DNA of 64,000 nucleotides, from positions 558,274-622,273 of the forward strand of contig NMRA01000061.1 in the NCBI GenBank assembly GCA_002633005.1. The letters run 5' to 3'. Within the stretch, counting starts at the first letter, position 1; each line of letters starts with the position of its first letter. The DNA is from Phoronis australis. Its lineage: Eukaryota; Animalia; Phoronida. Shown here in pieces: positions 51,075-63,700 of the stretch. The translations under genes were made by a program, and so were the position numbers. The notes under the pieces are model-generated. The model was not told where the DNA came from, searched no databases, and saw only the letters and a program-made list of their open reading frames with translations.

Positions 51075-52509
51075 CTGCAAAATAACGAACAAGATGCTGA
51101 CAGTATGAATCATTGTGCTAGCCGGTCGTAATTAGTCAGTAGCGATAGTACGACTGCATCTTAACCGAGCCATGCCCATCATTGTAGTCACTGACCTACA
51201 CGCAGTGCCGGATTAAAGTTTCTCGTGCCCTAGTGACATATAAAATTGTCTATGCTACCCACCCCGCCCCCTCCTCAGTGACATCTGACATCCCACACGC
51301 CGGGTGAAAAGATATTCCATGCCCTCCTTGTTAATGTTTACGGTATATCGGAAGTCAGTTCCGACAAGGCATATAGGATAGAAGTAACCAGTGGTCGTGT
51401 ACTAATGTCTCGTATTCTACAGAGGGGACACGAATGGACAATATACTCGACCAATACTGCCGTTGCAGTAGAAGGACTTTTTGTCTAACAATCTAATAAT
51501 TACACGGGTGACAACAGTCGATTCCAGTGTGACTGGGGTGTGTATAGTACTAAAATACGTTTGTGTTTTTACACCCCGGCTGTAGGGGTAATGTTTATAA
51601 CATGCATCACATTGTTCACCTCTCTTGTGATTGGAATCTTGCTACTATTTTGGCCAAAAAGTCTGAAGAACTGACAAAATTTCAACTCTTTCGAAGTATT
51701 GAAATCGTCTTCAATTTGACTAAGGAACAATTTGAGACCAATTTTATAGGGGCAAGTTGTCTAAATCAAAAGTGAATTTTTGCTACGGAAGGCAGATTTA
51801 TTACCGCTTTAAGTTTAAAAATTGTTTGATAAGATCACTGGCTACACTGCTTATTTCAGGGTTTCTGGCCTTTGTCTTCAGAATTGCACGTGAGTTGTAC
51901 GGCTAGGCACATTTCATGAAAAGTCTTAAAGGGGAGGGAACTTTTTTTCATGTCGTTTTAGCAAAAATACGGTTCGTTGATTATCCCACACACATGTTTC
52001 AGTTAATTACGGTTCTTCTGAAATTTTACTAATTAATCATGCATTAATCCGGAACTGACGTTTAGGGGGGTTAAGAATTTCCCGCCGTTTTGTTTCTAAT
52101 GCGTTCGAGTTTACTGTGAGGATCTGTTGCTTTTGTGCTGGTTACCTAAAATTGTCGTTACCACTTCCCATTGAGGAGTATTCTACGACAAGCTAGATTG
52201 TTAGAGCACTCAATTACGTTGGGTTTAGGAATCTTTTAAAGTGTAATTTGCAAGGTCCAAGTATGTTAAATTGCAATTAATATCTTCAAGGTATTGCTAT
52301 TTGGATGTATTTTATTCAAATCATCGTATTATTGTATCTTTAGTTATTTTAAAAAAGCGAAAATAAGAAAATGCGCGAAAAGTTGACCTTTGACACCGTG
52401 ACATGGTGTTGGGGAACACAAACCAGATCATATCCCACAATGCAGTTCACTACTATTATATCACAGTACACGAAGAACAAAGACCGTTCAACCTTGGCGT
52501 GTTTTAGCC

Positions 52510-52755
52510 ATGGTGCATCGGTGTGTGTGTGCTAACTATTTTAACACCACCCAGGTGGAAGGCATGAGCCCATTTAAATTCTAAAAAGACAAGCATCTGG
52601 CTGCGTAATGGCAGGTTTTCGTGTGCTCTGCTCGTCTTTTGAAAATGACTGTCGAGTCAGCCATCTGTCGGAGCCGAAATATGCTCCGACCATTTTGAGG
52701 ACGGCTGCTTTGACGACAAACACATCATGAAGGTTGAAGCTGGTCTTATAAAAAG
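52510..52755 (+). pseudogene. THAP zinc-finger exon remnant (probable Kolobok transposase N-terminus)
   Basis: MVHRCV..N..NTTQVEGMS..KF*KDKHLAA*WQVFV..ICSDHFEDGCF with frameshifts; gtaag donor at ~52756. Confidence 0.7.
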
Positions 52756-53575
52756 GTAAGTTACCTTGAGAATTTTGATGTCTAATAATTCATGACGCTT
52801 TCGCAGTGCCTGGACAATAACAATCTTTTTTCACAATCACCGTAGTTCTCAAGTGTTTAAAATCTGTTGTTTTTCCGTGAAAGATTTAGTTATTAATGAT
52901 CAGTAAAACTAAAAGTCACAACAAATAAAGCTGATCTCAAAAGATGCATGTATTTTGAAAAGAATGCAGACTATGAATAAAGTAAAACAGGATGGTAACT
53001 CAATTCACAGGTTTTGATTATTAAAGTAGTCTGCTTCAAAAAACAGGATTAAAATCTAGTTTTGGCATTTGCTTGAAGGTTATCAAAGAAGGCGAAAACT
53101 TGCAATTAGATATCATCGTGTTTTACTTTAATCATGGACAACTCTGGATTCAAAATGTTTTTTTTTTACTTTTGAATTGCCGCTGTTGTGCTTTTCAGAG
53201 TATGTAAATGAAAGGAGAACACCTTCCACTTAGTGCGGAACAAAAGAGAAGCTGGAGATCTTGAAATTCGCTTAGAAATTGATGCCCCTCCTATGCCGAC
53301 TGCTGGTGCTCCAGATGTGTCCAAGGAGGATGCCGTGGCACAGATAAATTCAGACTTGGTGCTTTGTCAATGGACAGCACTGGAATTTCTTTCCGTCACA
53401 TATTTAACACTCACTACCAATGTTTTAGATCAAATTTTTGATAGTGGTACAGATAGCAATGCCAGAGTGTTTATAGTACCAGTAGTGGAAATTGTGAAAA
53501 GCTTTTGTTTGTGGTATTTGGCTGTCCCATTTGTACAGATAAACCCAGTGATATACTATGTTCTTATATTGAAAC

Positions 53576-53723
53576 TAGTGGCAGATTTAGAGGGGGGCCA
53601 TGCCCCCCCTAAAATTCTCCCAGATTCCATTTGACTGTTTGGGGGTGCGAATGTCTGACGGGCAAAATCCTGACTAATACCGTGCCCTGACCCCCCTAAC
53701 TCAAAATCCTGGATCCGCACCTG
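53576..53723. mobile_element. GC-rich MITE, 5-bp TSD GAAAC (same family as 11671-11946)
   Basis: tagtggcagattt / ggatccgcacctg termini with gaaac on both sides. Confidence 0.8.
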
Positions 53724-54809
53724 GAAACATTTCAATGGTTCTTCAATACAATGACTATAAATATTGCGGCTTAGCTTTTTTAAGTATATTTGATTTGCAC
53801 TAAACTGTTGCTGTCCCACACAGTGGGTCGGTATAGGAAGACTTTCTTAAGTGGGGGTGAAAAGGTACTTGTTTGGGTCGTCAGTCTTTTCGTGGGACAA
53901 TCTCATCTAAATTGTAAACAGAATAATCACTTGCACATAATTCGAACATTGTCTTAGGAATTTTTGAGTGAGTGGTATAAGCACTCCCTTCAGATTTCCC
54001 AATTCCTACTCATGTGCATACTTTTTGTGTTTTCAAACCATGTCATAGACATCTAAAGCTATTGCATACTGGAGCTTTTGGGTTGAGATTCAGTGGTTGC
54101 TGTGTCGTGTTATTTGATTTCTCATTGAATTACAGTAGAACTCGCTAAGTTGTATCCAGTGAGACTGAGATATTTCATCAAAGTTAGAGTTATTTGGAGG
54201 CGTTACTGCGGAATTAATGCTAACCTTTCGAAAGTTCCCACTGAAGCCCTACCAATTTAGAGAGTTCTACTGTATAAGAAGAGGGCAGAAGATTCAGTCT
54301 CAACTTCAGACTATGGCCCAGATTCAAAACTTTTAATTTTTTATGTAACAGCCATACTGTTCAATGTGTTCGCTTCAAGCACACAAACTGGGCTCCAATG
54401 AGACAAATTCCTCTGTTTACCTAGGTAAACCATAAGTTTACCTGATGTTGAGTTTAGAGGTTGAAAAGGGAGTCCTAGTTAAATTACACTTGTCATGACC
54501 ATGTTATCATAAGTAACCAGATTGATGAGCATCAATAAATGCTGCTCGCTGTGTTAATTATTTACCATTCTGAAACCTCAGAAGTCTATTCATGGAATGC
54601 CTTCTTCAATTTCATGCCGCTGAGGTTGCACTGCGATTGCATTCGTTTATTACGAAGTTTGATCTTTTTATGGAATTTGTCACTACAACTTTTTGTAACT
54701 CGTTTGAATTACATAAAACTAGTCCCCGAGTCACAAGTTTTTATAACAGAATACATAGGTCATGTGGAGGAGTTGGCATTCCAGGGCTAAGACAAATGTT
54801 GATGTCTAT

Positions 54810-55888
54810 AAATGGGTGAAAATCCTTGGAACTCAAAAGTCTTCCTCATTTCCTGGCGGAGGGTAGAAAGCTCAGATGCAGGCTACTGCGCATGCTGGAA
54901 TGACAACACGGACAGTTTGTCTTGAGTGACCGTGTACCCATCTTTGGAACTGTCTGTAGGCCACGTGTCAAATCCTTTTATCCAAGGGTCTGTCATAGCC
55001 ATCAGGATATTGGCTTTTGTACTGCAACCATGCAGTCTCCAAAACATCACGATTGATGTATACAGTGGTGAGGAGGAATTTTTTCACAGTCAGTGGGTGG
55101 ATATATGTTTGAGCCCAAGTATAGTGAGGCAGCATACGCACAGACAGCTGTTGAGAAGAATGAGGCAGAGACTGAGGACAGACGTGGTGGGACGTCTTGG
55201 TGCAACTGCACGGTGTGCAGTGTTATGCCGACCTCAATCGAACACCTATGCTGTTCCCACTGGACAGTGATCTGAGCACCCAAACCGCTTATATTCCGCA
55301 GTGTGGCTCCTTCACCACTCACCTAGCTCAGATACTTTAGTCAGGTCTACAATAAACTTATTAAAATTTGAGTCACCAGTCTGATCACTGGACGACGAAC
55401 TGTCCTCCCTACTGCGTGTCGAACCTGGCCTGTATTCACTCCCAGTACTCAACATCGCAGCAGGGCTGCTTACAGGCTTTGGGCTGGACACAACCCCAGA
55501 ACAGGGCAAATCACCGCTAGTTCCCGGAATTGTACACCCTGGGGTACTTTCGGAGGCACCGGCGAGAGTATATGAAGGGCCTCCAGTCACTGTAGAGGCC
55601 ACAGCTCGCGAGGCTCCTCGCTTCAAACATGCATTTGTCGGGGGTGGCGACGGGGCACTGCCGGAAATCAATAGCGACAGAATGGCACTCTTTTTCAGGC
55701 GTTGTCACACACTCACAAACTCGGTAATGTTTCAGTGCTTTGTACGTTGCATGGACGGTAACGTTGCGTTCTTCACACGACAGGTACGGCGGAGCGTGTA
55801 ATCTATCGGAAAGCGATGTAATGGCATACCCAAAGTCCCCGTGAAATGATAATGAGTACACCCCGGTATGTAGAAAACCCGCGGCATG
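54810..55888 (-). pseudogene. THAP + P2X7-C-terminal/nanor-like cysteine-rich domain gene remnant (KolX-like)
   Basis: MPRVFYIPGC..LHRFP..YRVC (THAP) at the 5' end; VLETAWLQYKSQY..HVAYRQFQRWVHG..RVVIPACAV..I*AFYP..FQGF at the 3' end. The central YMFEP..WCNCTVCSVMPTSIEHLCC block lies on the opposite strand. Confidence 0.75.
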
Positions 55889-56832
55889 TTGATGACTGAC
55901 TCGTAAACAAACGCAAACGACGGCCGAACTAACCGCAACCTGGGTAAAACAATGACTGACTCGACAGTTCATACAATCAGACAATATGAATACAAAATGG
56001 CGGGGAATTCTTAACTCCCTAAACGTCACATCTGGAGTAGGGCACGACTTCGTTGATAAAATTACAGGAAGCTATTATTAACTGAAGAATGTGTCTGGGA
56101 TAACCAACAAACCGTATTTTTACTAAAAATGACATGAAAAATGATGCCTTCTCCTTTCAGTCCGGTCTTAGCTAAGAAGTTCGTAATTTCCAATTGAATT
56201 CGCACACAGTTTATTAACGTTGCTCGCGAAAGCGCTCGTTGAGTCTGTATATGAAAATTATTCAACTTTAAGTCACTTGTAATACTTTCCTTATATTAAA
56301 AAACGGACCTCTTAGCTTAATTGGTTTAAAATTGCATTTCGTCATATTCAGCTCATGGACAAAAATAAAACTAGGTCAATTACCCCCATCGCAATCGGTA
56401 TCATAATAAGACTTCATTTTTGCTAAAAATATAGTCAGAAACATTCGAGTCAAAAAAGTTCCACCAGGCCTTGCAAACAACCCTTTCATCAATAGCAACA
56501 TTCGACCCGATTAATTCTTCCGTGGAAAAGGAATTTTAGTTTTAAGACCGTTTGATAAACGTATTTCTCGATTTCCTGTTTAGGGGTAAATAGAAAAGAA
56601 GCGCATCTTTAATAGGGAACCCGCCTTAGCATCGACGTAATGTAGACAATTTATTAATTTTCAACGCAAAAATCTCATTTAAATTCAGTCCGTTTAGTAA
56701 TTTCTGCCAGGATATGGCAATCTAAACCGGTGACACGTCAAAACCGAAGTTAAACTGGATTTTGTAAAGGTGCAATAAAATAGGCTTATTATTCAAAAAG
56801 CGACATTTGTCCCTAATCAAAATCCAACTTAC

Positions 56833-56875
56833 CAATGCAAGCCAAAATAACCAAACATACACCAGAAGTGTTCAT
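56833..56875 (-). CDS. Ly6-4 exon 1 (signal peptide MNTSGVCLVILACIG)
   Basis: ATG, 43 nt, G|gtaagt donor. Confidence 0.9.
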
Positions 56876-57131
56876 TGTGTTTCTATCGGTGTTTGCGTCC
56901 TCACCCTAGGAGTGTCCAGGCAGAAGTAACGGACGACGCCCGTTCTAGTGTTGTTTGGTTACCACTGTGTCACGCGACAGTTGCTGTAGAGATACGGTGA
57001 TAAGGCAACGCCGAATCCTCAGGTGGGATTAGATGGGACAATGGGACTATTAGACAATCTTTACATTACAAGAGGGCGCGCGTGTACTAGTGGTGATAGA
57101 TTAAGCAGCCTCGATTTCGCGAGCCCTTTAA

Positions 57132-58788
57132 AGGAGCATGCCACCCAAAAAACATCCTAATTTGTATCAATTTAGATCGAGTAGTTCTACTCCATAAGGG
57201 CACGTACGGTTGCGCTACCTGACACCTGATTGCAGACAGAGGTGTCTAAATTATCCAATGACGTAATTGGTTTCACACTCAGTCTGTTCGGCAGTTCACA
57301 ACACGGGTTACTTGTGTCAGCTTATTGCTTGAATTCATCAATAAATCATCAAACTTCGATGTAAAACCCTTAAAAATACACCGAGTTTTGTTTTATTTCG
57401 TTGTGGCGGATTTATTGGTGTTTGGACACACCGTAGCCTACAAAGTTCGGCAGGCCAATAAGGTCCGTAGCATTAGGAGTTTGGAGTCTGTTCGGAGATA
57501 AATTCGAAACATTTTTCCGTGAGATACAGACAGGAGAACCTAGATCTGTGTTGTTTAGACTTGTGATTTTTTAGTTCTAAACACACAAACCGCTTGTTAT
57601 CCTGGCCAGTGGCTCGGAGCCCGATCAGGCCTGTCGCGGCCGGACTGATTGGTTATGATCCCAGCCAGTGGCTTGGAAGCCGATCAGACATCACGAACAT
57701 AAACCAGCCAAAGTTGGAAACTAAACTTCCAGTCAAGAAAACACAATACTAGTGAGCCAAAGAAGTAAATTACACGTGATTATGTTGGTGAATTAGCCAC
57801 GAAACTGCAAATCTACTTACTCGTCGGAGGCCGCGAACTTAGGCTCCGCTTTGGCCACAGAACCGTCAGGGCAGAAGTTGTACATTAACAATCACTATTT
57901 GAATAACATAAATGTAAATAAAGATTCCCCGAACACCTGTGGGATAGAAATCGAGTTGTTTCAAAACTGTTTCTTTCAGCAAACATTGAATTAGCACGAG
58001 CTCACACGGCCTCGGTGTCCTGTCAATTAGTTTTATTGCATCTAAAGCCGGTAACGCAGTGATTTATTCATTGCTGGCTTCTCAAATCATTTGCACTCAC
58101 GAACACTCCAAAGGCATTACAAATTGCATCTAATGAAACAGACTTTGTTTCAGTTTTATATAAGTATTGGTAAGGGTGAGAATAATTCGTTTTGAAACAG
58201 AACGCTCAAACGCCAACACAGATAGCAGCTGACTCGCAATCCCGACTTAGACGAGAGCTCATCCCGACGAAGACTTCGCTGGTGGATCGTTAAGTTTCAC
58301 AGGTTATCAGTTCGAACAGGAATACAGTGACGAAGAAATACTAGAGAGGCGCCGTGAACAAGCTCAGACAACGGAACGTGTGGAGAGTTATTTAGTAAGC
58401 CGCACTGTCCCGCGACGACTGCAGGCCACAGACACGGAGATGTTTTACGGCCTCACACTTGCTATTTACAGCGTACTTTTCATTCTTCACTATCGCGAGC
58501 CACTTCCTAAGCATTTCGGACTTTCGAGGAAGTCGAAAAAACAATATACCCGCTTTCCTCGCAGCTGCATAGTTCGGACAAGCGGGAATGCATCGTTCCC
58601 GCTTGTCCGCTATATAGCGGCATTCACTCTGCAGACGAACCTCTGACGTCGCTGCGTCGTTTCTTACCTTCCTCACAGGTTAACGCGACACCTCTCGGCA
58701 AGGTGAGGTCGACCGTATTAAGAGGCGATGTGGATATAGACCGATTAAGATGGTAAAAAAGTCTAATTAAATCGGGAAGCATTCTCCT
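57132..58788. mobile_element. Internally deleted Kolobok-type element upstream of Ly6-4
   Basis: TTAA on both flanks, ends aggagcatgc / gcattctcct. Plus-strand GYQFEQEYSDEEI (~58303-58345) converges on a minus-strand THAP fragment CIPACPN..FFRLP..RKWL..RVC (~58400-58600). Confidence 0.75.
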
Positions 58789-60776
58789 TTAAGAATTCGA
58801 AGTGTATAGGAAAAATACAATTCGGTCTCGTTCGATACACAGAATAAGGGCTCGTGGGGTATTATTTCATCTATATATTTCGCCACTCGAGGTGCGTTTT
58901 GTGTATGTCACCCAAATTCATCGAGAACCACAGCGTTGCTCGTGGAAGACGCGACATTCGAAAAAAATTCGAAATGCTTTATCAGCACAGATTCTATACA
59001 ATGGTTTTTATTGAAGCCTCAGATTAGCTTATGTATGGGTAACATCATTTTATCAAATAATTCCATGACAATATTGTGTGATAGGATGGACTCTTGAACT
59101 TCCCTGAAGCTGAAGCTAACTTGAATAAGGCAAGTGATGTCAGAGCTTGGAACGCTGAAGTTTACTGAGCTAAAAATCCAAATTAATTCATGTATAAACA
59201 TTCCTAAGTACTTAAAGTAGTTCGAATTTAGTACCGCCAAGTTACCCTTATGTGAAGTTTCTTGGTTTTCCTTCATTCCCTTGTCTTGAAATCAAATTCG
59301 GTGAAATTTCTCACAACTAACGCGATTATTTAATAAGCGTTGACACCACTAAAGTAAATGCAACTGAATATTGGACAACTCTGTTGACGTCTGCACGAAC
59401 TGTATGATTGATGCAGTGCGTCCTCATTAATGCTGAACAGTGCCCGGAATGGTCATCATAACAGGAGTGGATCCAACATCGTGTCCTGAGGGATTTGACC
59501 GTGTAGTGACAATTGTGGAAATAATAATAATTTAGATTAGTCTACAAACAGCTGTAATACCAGCCACTTCAATCAAAGCGTTATATGGCCAGACGTAGTG
59601 AAGCGTTACCTTTTCGCGCGTTGAAATGTTCCTACTCAACGCGTACAGTTGCTTAACCAACGCGTAGTATAGCTTAATCAACGCGCTGGATTAGTCATTC
59701 AACGTGCTGAATTGATTCTTAAACGATTATCGTTCTGCTCTTATCCAACGCTTACTGTTGCTTAATCTAAGCGTAGTATTGTTTAATTAACGCACTGAAT
59801 TATTTACCTATAGCCGCGCAAGTGGTTCGCATATTGGCGTATGCGCCTTAGTTCCGCATCAACCCAGGTAATGTCCCCTGTATAGGCCCATACATTCGTT
59901 CGCATGTAGGCGCACCTGTTTTGACTACAGCTGTGCCTACTAATGGAATTTTTTACGATTGCCTCTGTATCTTTGGAGTTCCTAGGCGTAATGTTAAGAA
60001 ATTTGGCAAATAGTTTTGTATTGCTGTATGGCCTCGCTATCAAGTTCATGAACCTACATTCTAAAGTAATGCCTTTCTGCACAAACATCCATGGGCCTAA
60101 TGGTTCACCAATAAGCCATTCAACGCGTAGTATTGCTCATTCAACGCGCTGACATAGTTATTGTTGTGTCCAACCAATGACAAGTTTGCAGTTAGTACGT
60201 ACCGCCGCGAGGCGGCAGCACAGACGAAACATGGCCGGGGTAGAACACAATTTTCGAAACTGGAGCAGAGTTCAGTAACTCTAGGACCTCGCTAAAAAGC
60301 AAGACTTCGCGGTATTGTCATGTATTTGTAATGAGAACACGTGATTGTGGCTAGATCTCAGCAAGGTCCTAGCGTAACTGAACTCTACCCTTACCTTGCA
60401 TGCACTTGGAAAGTCTCCCGCCATTTTGAAATTTGAGATTGTAGTGTGTTCTGTTATACCAATAAAGTCATATATCCAGTATATTAATACGTTTATTATG
60501 GAGAGCACAAATACACTACTTATCAGATCGAGCTGTGGCCATTAGAGGAAGTAAGTCAAGTTCAATGTGGCTTCCAAATAACAACATTACTTAACTAACA
60601 CATGACAGAGAGCACGGACGTGATTGAACTACATGACCTGATTAAAAGTGGGCGTTGAATAAGCAATAGTATGCGCTAAATAAGAACAGAACATGAGGTA
60701 TTCGTTCACAATCCATCTCAGCGCGTAAAATATCTAATACTACGCGTTGATAAGCAATTTAAGTGTGCGTTGAATA

Positions 60777-63700
60777 TAGACCAGGCCCTTAACCCGAAAA
60801 CGTTTACACCACGGATTAAAGCACCAAATTTGGCACACTTGGTACTTTTTAACATGCTGAATCTCATGGTGGTCGGTTGCCCAAATTTTGAGGTCAAGGT
60901 CAAATCTCGAAAAACAAAATGACCGCCAAGTAACACATCTTTGGTTGCTTAAGAGATGAACACACATTTTAAGGTTAGGTAATGGTACTTTCATAACTAG
61001 AAATCTATCAAAATGACATTGCAATATATTTTCCTCATAATATGAAAACACCTCATTTGCATAAATCCAATATGGCCGCCAAACTTTAACTAACGAACTG
61101 CAATTTTAACAAAAGCATCTATTTTGATTTGGTGCAAGACTAATAATACAAAAACAAATAGGTTCTCTTACCAAAAATGAACTAGATTTATCGTTAATTA
61201 GTACAGTTATTATGAAAATTCGGTTGATGTTGTGATAAAAAGGCCAATATACGCATAGAACTTGAGGGACCACCAAAAACTCAGAGATTAGCTTTGATAA
61301 ATGACGTTAGTATGCTTATCTGTAATATCAACAGAATAGAACGGATTAATGTCAAATTGTCAAACGTAGCTCACAGAATTCAATTAACACTATCATCTGT
61401 TCCTCTGCGTCATAACAAACCATGTCACTGACATGTTCCCCGGCATTTGCAAAGTGATGTGCATGCTAAGGAATTGCATTCACATCACTAGCCGCATAGT
61501 TGTAAGCTCTTGCAAACACACTTAATGAGCTACTGACCAGCTTTGGAGACTTCAGGCATAGTGTCCAGCCAGGTGTCCATTGTTGGTCTGTGCCTCTCTG
61601 CCATCCAAACCCCTCTGGACTTGATTTCCCGTGGATTGGCAGCTGCCAGCTTGATACAAGCATTTGTTAACAATCTTTATCAGTAGAGATTGGGTAAGCA
61701 ATACATTTGGCATGATCTGAACGTTTCGGCGGAAAGATCCTTTTGTAAAGTATTAACTTGGCTGGTTTTGGCTTTCGATCATAAACGAGACATGCATTTG
61801 TGTTGAACTCCTGACTGTCGATTTTGAGTTGCTGAAAGGAATTGACTGAGGGGCACGAGAATGCCCGAGTATCATCAGGGTAAGCTTTCCATGTCTCCCA
61901 TGCTGTTTTCTTCCCTTCTCCATAGAACTGGAACATTGTGTCCGACCTTGTTAAGGCATGGAACTGGTAGAGCTACACACAAATCGTACCCAAGCTGGTC
62001 AAACACGCTACTGACAAAGAGCTCCCGCGCGTTCGTTCCAGGTTTAACCACTACCCGTAATTGAATTGCTGGCTGCAAAGCCTTAAACTGGTCAAAATAC
62101 CAAGAAGAACGACCATCCACTGTAGTAACCAGTATTCTATGATTACCTTTGATGAAAGCGTCTGCAATGTACAAGCCCATACGGGTGTCCGACTCCTCAT
62201 GATCGCATGGTGTTATGTCAGAACCGGAGGAAAGAACAGACTGACCGTAGGTAACATATATCTTGTTCTGGAGGACAGGCGATTGCCAAGATATCTTCAG
62301 CTAACAGCACGAACAATTCCTCTTTATTCTTCGAGTTTTGAAAGAAATTCTGGAAGTTCAGAGACAATTGCATTTGGGGTGAAACTTTGGCAGGGTCACC
62401 CGAACCTCTATCAGCTCTTGCGGTGACCTTCAAGCTGAATTCGGTGTAAGCATCTGCAAACACAATGTCAACTCTACTTACTATAGGTGGAAAGGTTAGA
62501 ATGTGCCCACGTAGCAGTTTTCACCGAACTGTCCGAATGTCACTGATTCGTTTGGAGAAAAGCTGTGCACAATAGCTGGTCGACAAAAGACTTTGACATC
62601 GACGGATTCAGGAACGTCTGGATGAGGAAATTCCAACATGTTGAGTAATTGTGACTTCTGTGAAGGTAAACGGAGACTGCCGTTTTGGTTCAGGGATGGT
62701 GGCCATGAATGATTCTCATGCATAAGAAAATCAACCATGTTAGCCTCTAGAAATTGATTAGCTACAAAAAGCTGACTAAGCTGCAGTCTTTCTTGATGTC
62801 ATCCACGCGTTGCTGAGTCACTCTTTTTGCCTTACCGCTAGCTTTTTTGAAAACACCAAACTTGTTTTTTCTTGATAGGAGTCTTTATTGGTTGTGACTT
62901 TACAATTAAAACCGTTAGCTTAAAGTTGTCATATTGCTGTTTTTCAGTCACTTCGATAGTCTGAAGACTTGTATCGTCATAAGTTCATTACCATGGTCAA
63001 AGAAAGGCTTTCTCTTTGCTGAAGTTACATCTTACACCACACAAACTGTTCAATTAGTTTTTAAAGTTGTTCTGGAAGGATGTACTGTCTTTGTGGTAGC
63101 TTGTCTCCTCACTATTGTCTTCAAAACGCTTATATTGACAATCAAACTCAGTCACCAACCAGGCTAGCTCGCACCCAAACACAATTTACCCTGTCAAAGC
63201 ATTTGGATTTTCAGTTAATCCAATAGCTCCATCACTGTCTTTGGCTAAGGCGTTATTTTGTTCATCCGCTTGGTCAATTGCAATAGCACAGAATCTTTGC
63301 TGTGTCTTTGAAAACATCCACTGTTTCTTAAGATGTTGTTGTACGTTAGCTGACATAGCTGTCATGTCTTGGATGTGGACAGGGACCCATCTTGCATAAT
63401 TTTGAAGGTCAAGAGCAAGGAAATAGAGCACAAGAAATTCAAGAACATCAATGTACAGCTACAAGTTGCCTTCACTATGAGCAAGGACGAACATCAAGAT
63501 CAGTAAAATAACATTTCAGAAATCAAATTTTGGAACTCTTGTTGGGTTATCACTTTTTCAGCCGGAGAAAGATGTTGGTCGAAAACTTCACCTTCATTTC
63601 CCACAATAAGAAATGGTTCTTCCTGAAGCTTTGCCAGAGATTTGCATGTCATGTTCAAGTCAAGTGCGAAACTTGAAGAAAGGAATCAGCTTTACCAACT

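Larger units (their letters stand above)
51930..56155. mobile_element. Kolobok-type DNA transposon (4.2 kb) in Ly6-4 intron 1
   Basis: TTAA / TTCA flanks, AGG..CCT ends, ~80-bp imperfect TIRs plus a second inverted block (~52050-52092 vs ~55993-56035), and two convergent THAP-bearing gene remnants. Confidence 0.8.
49650..60280. repeat. Older duplication unit C (contains Ly6-4)
   Basis: Patchy colinear similarity to units A/B in the 3' flank, introns, promoter and upstream region (58800-60280 matches 43810-45310); visibly more diverged. Confidence 0.85.

Noticed and set aside
57595-57690. Two ~35-bp direct repeats with a spacer, superficially CRISPR-like
   Set aside because: Only two imperfect copies inside a eukaryotic transposon; no cas genes.
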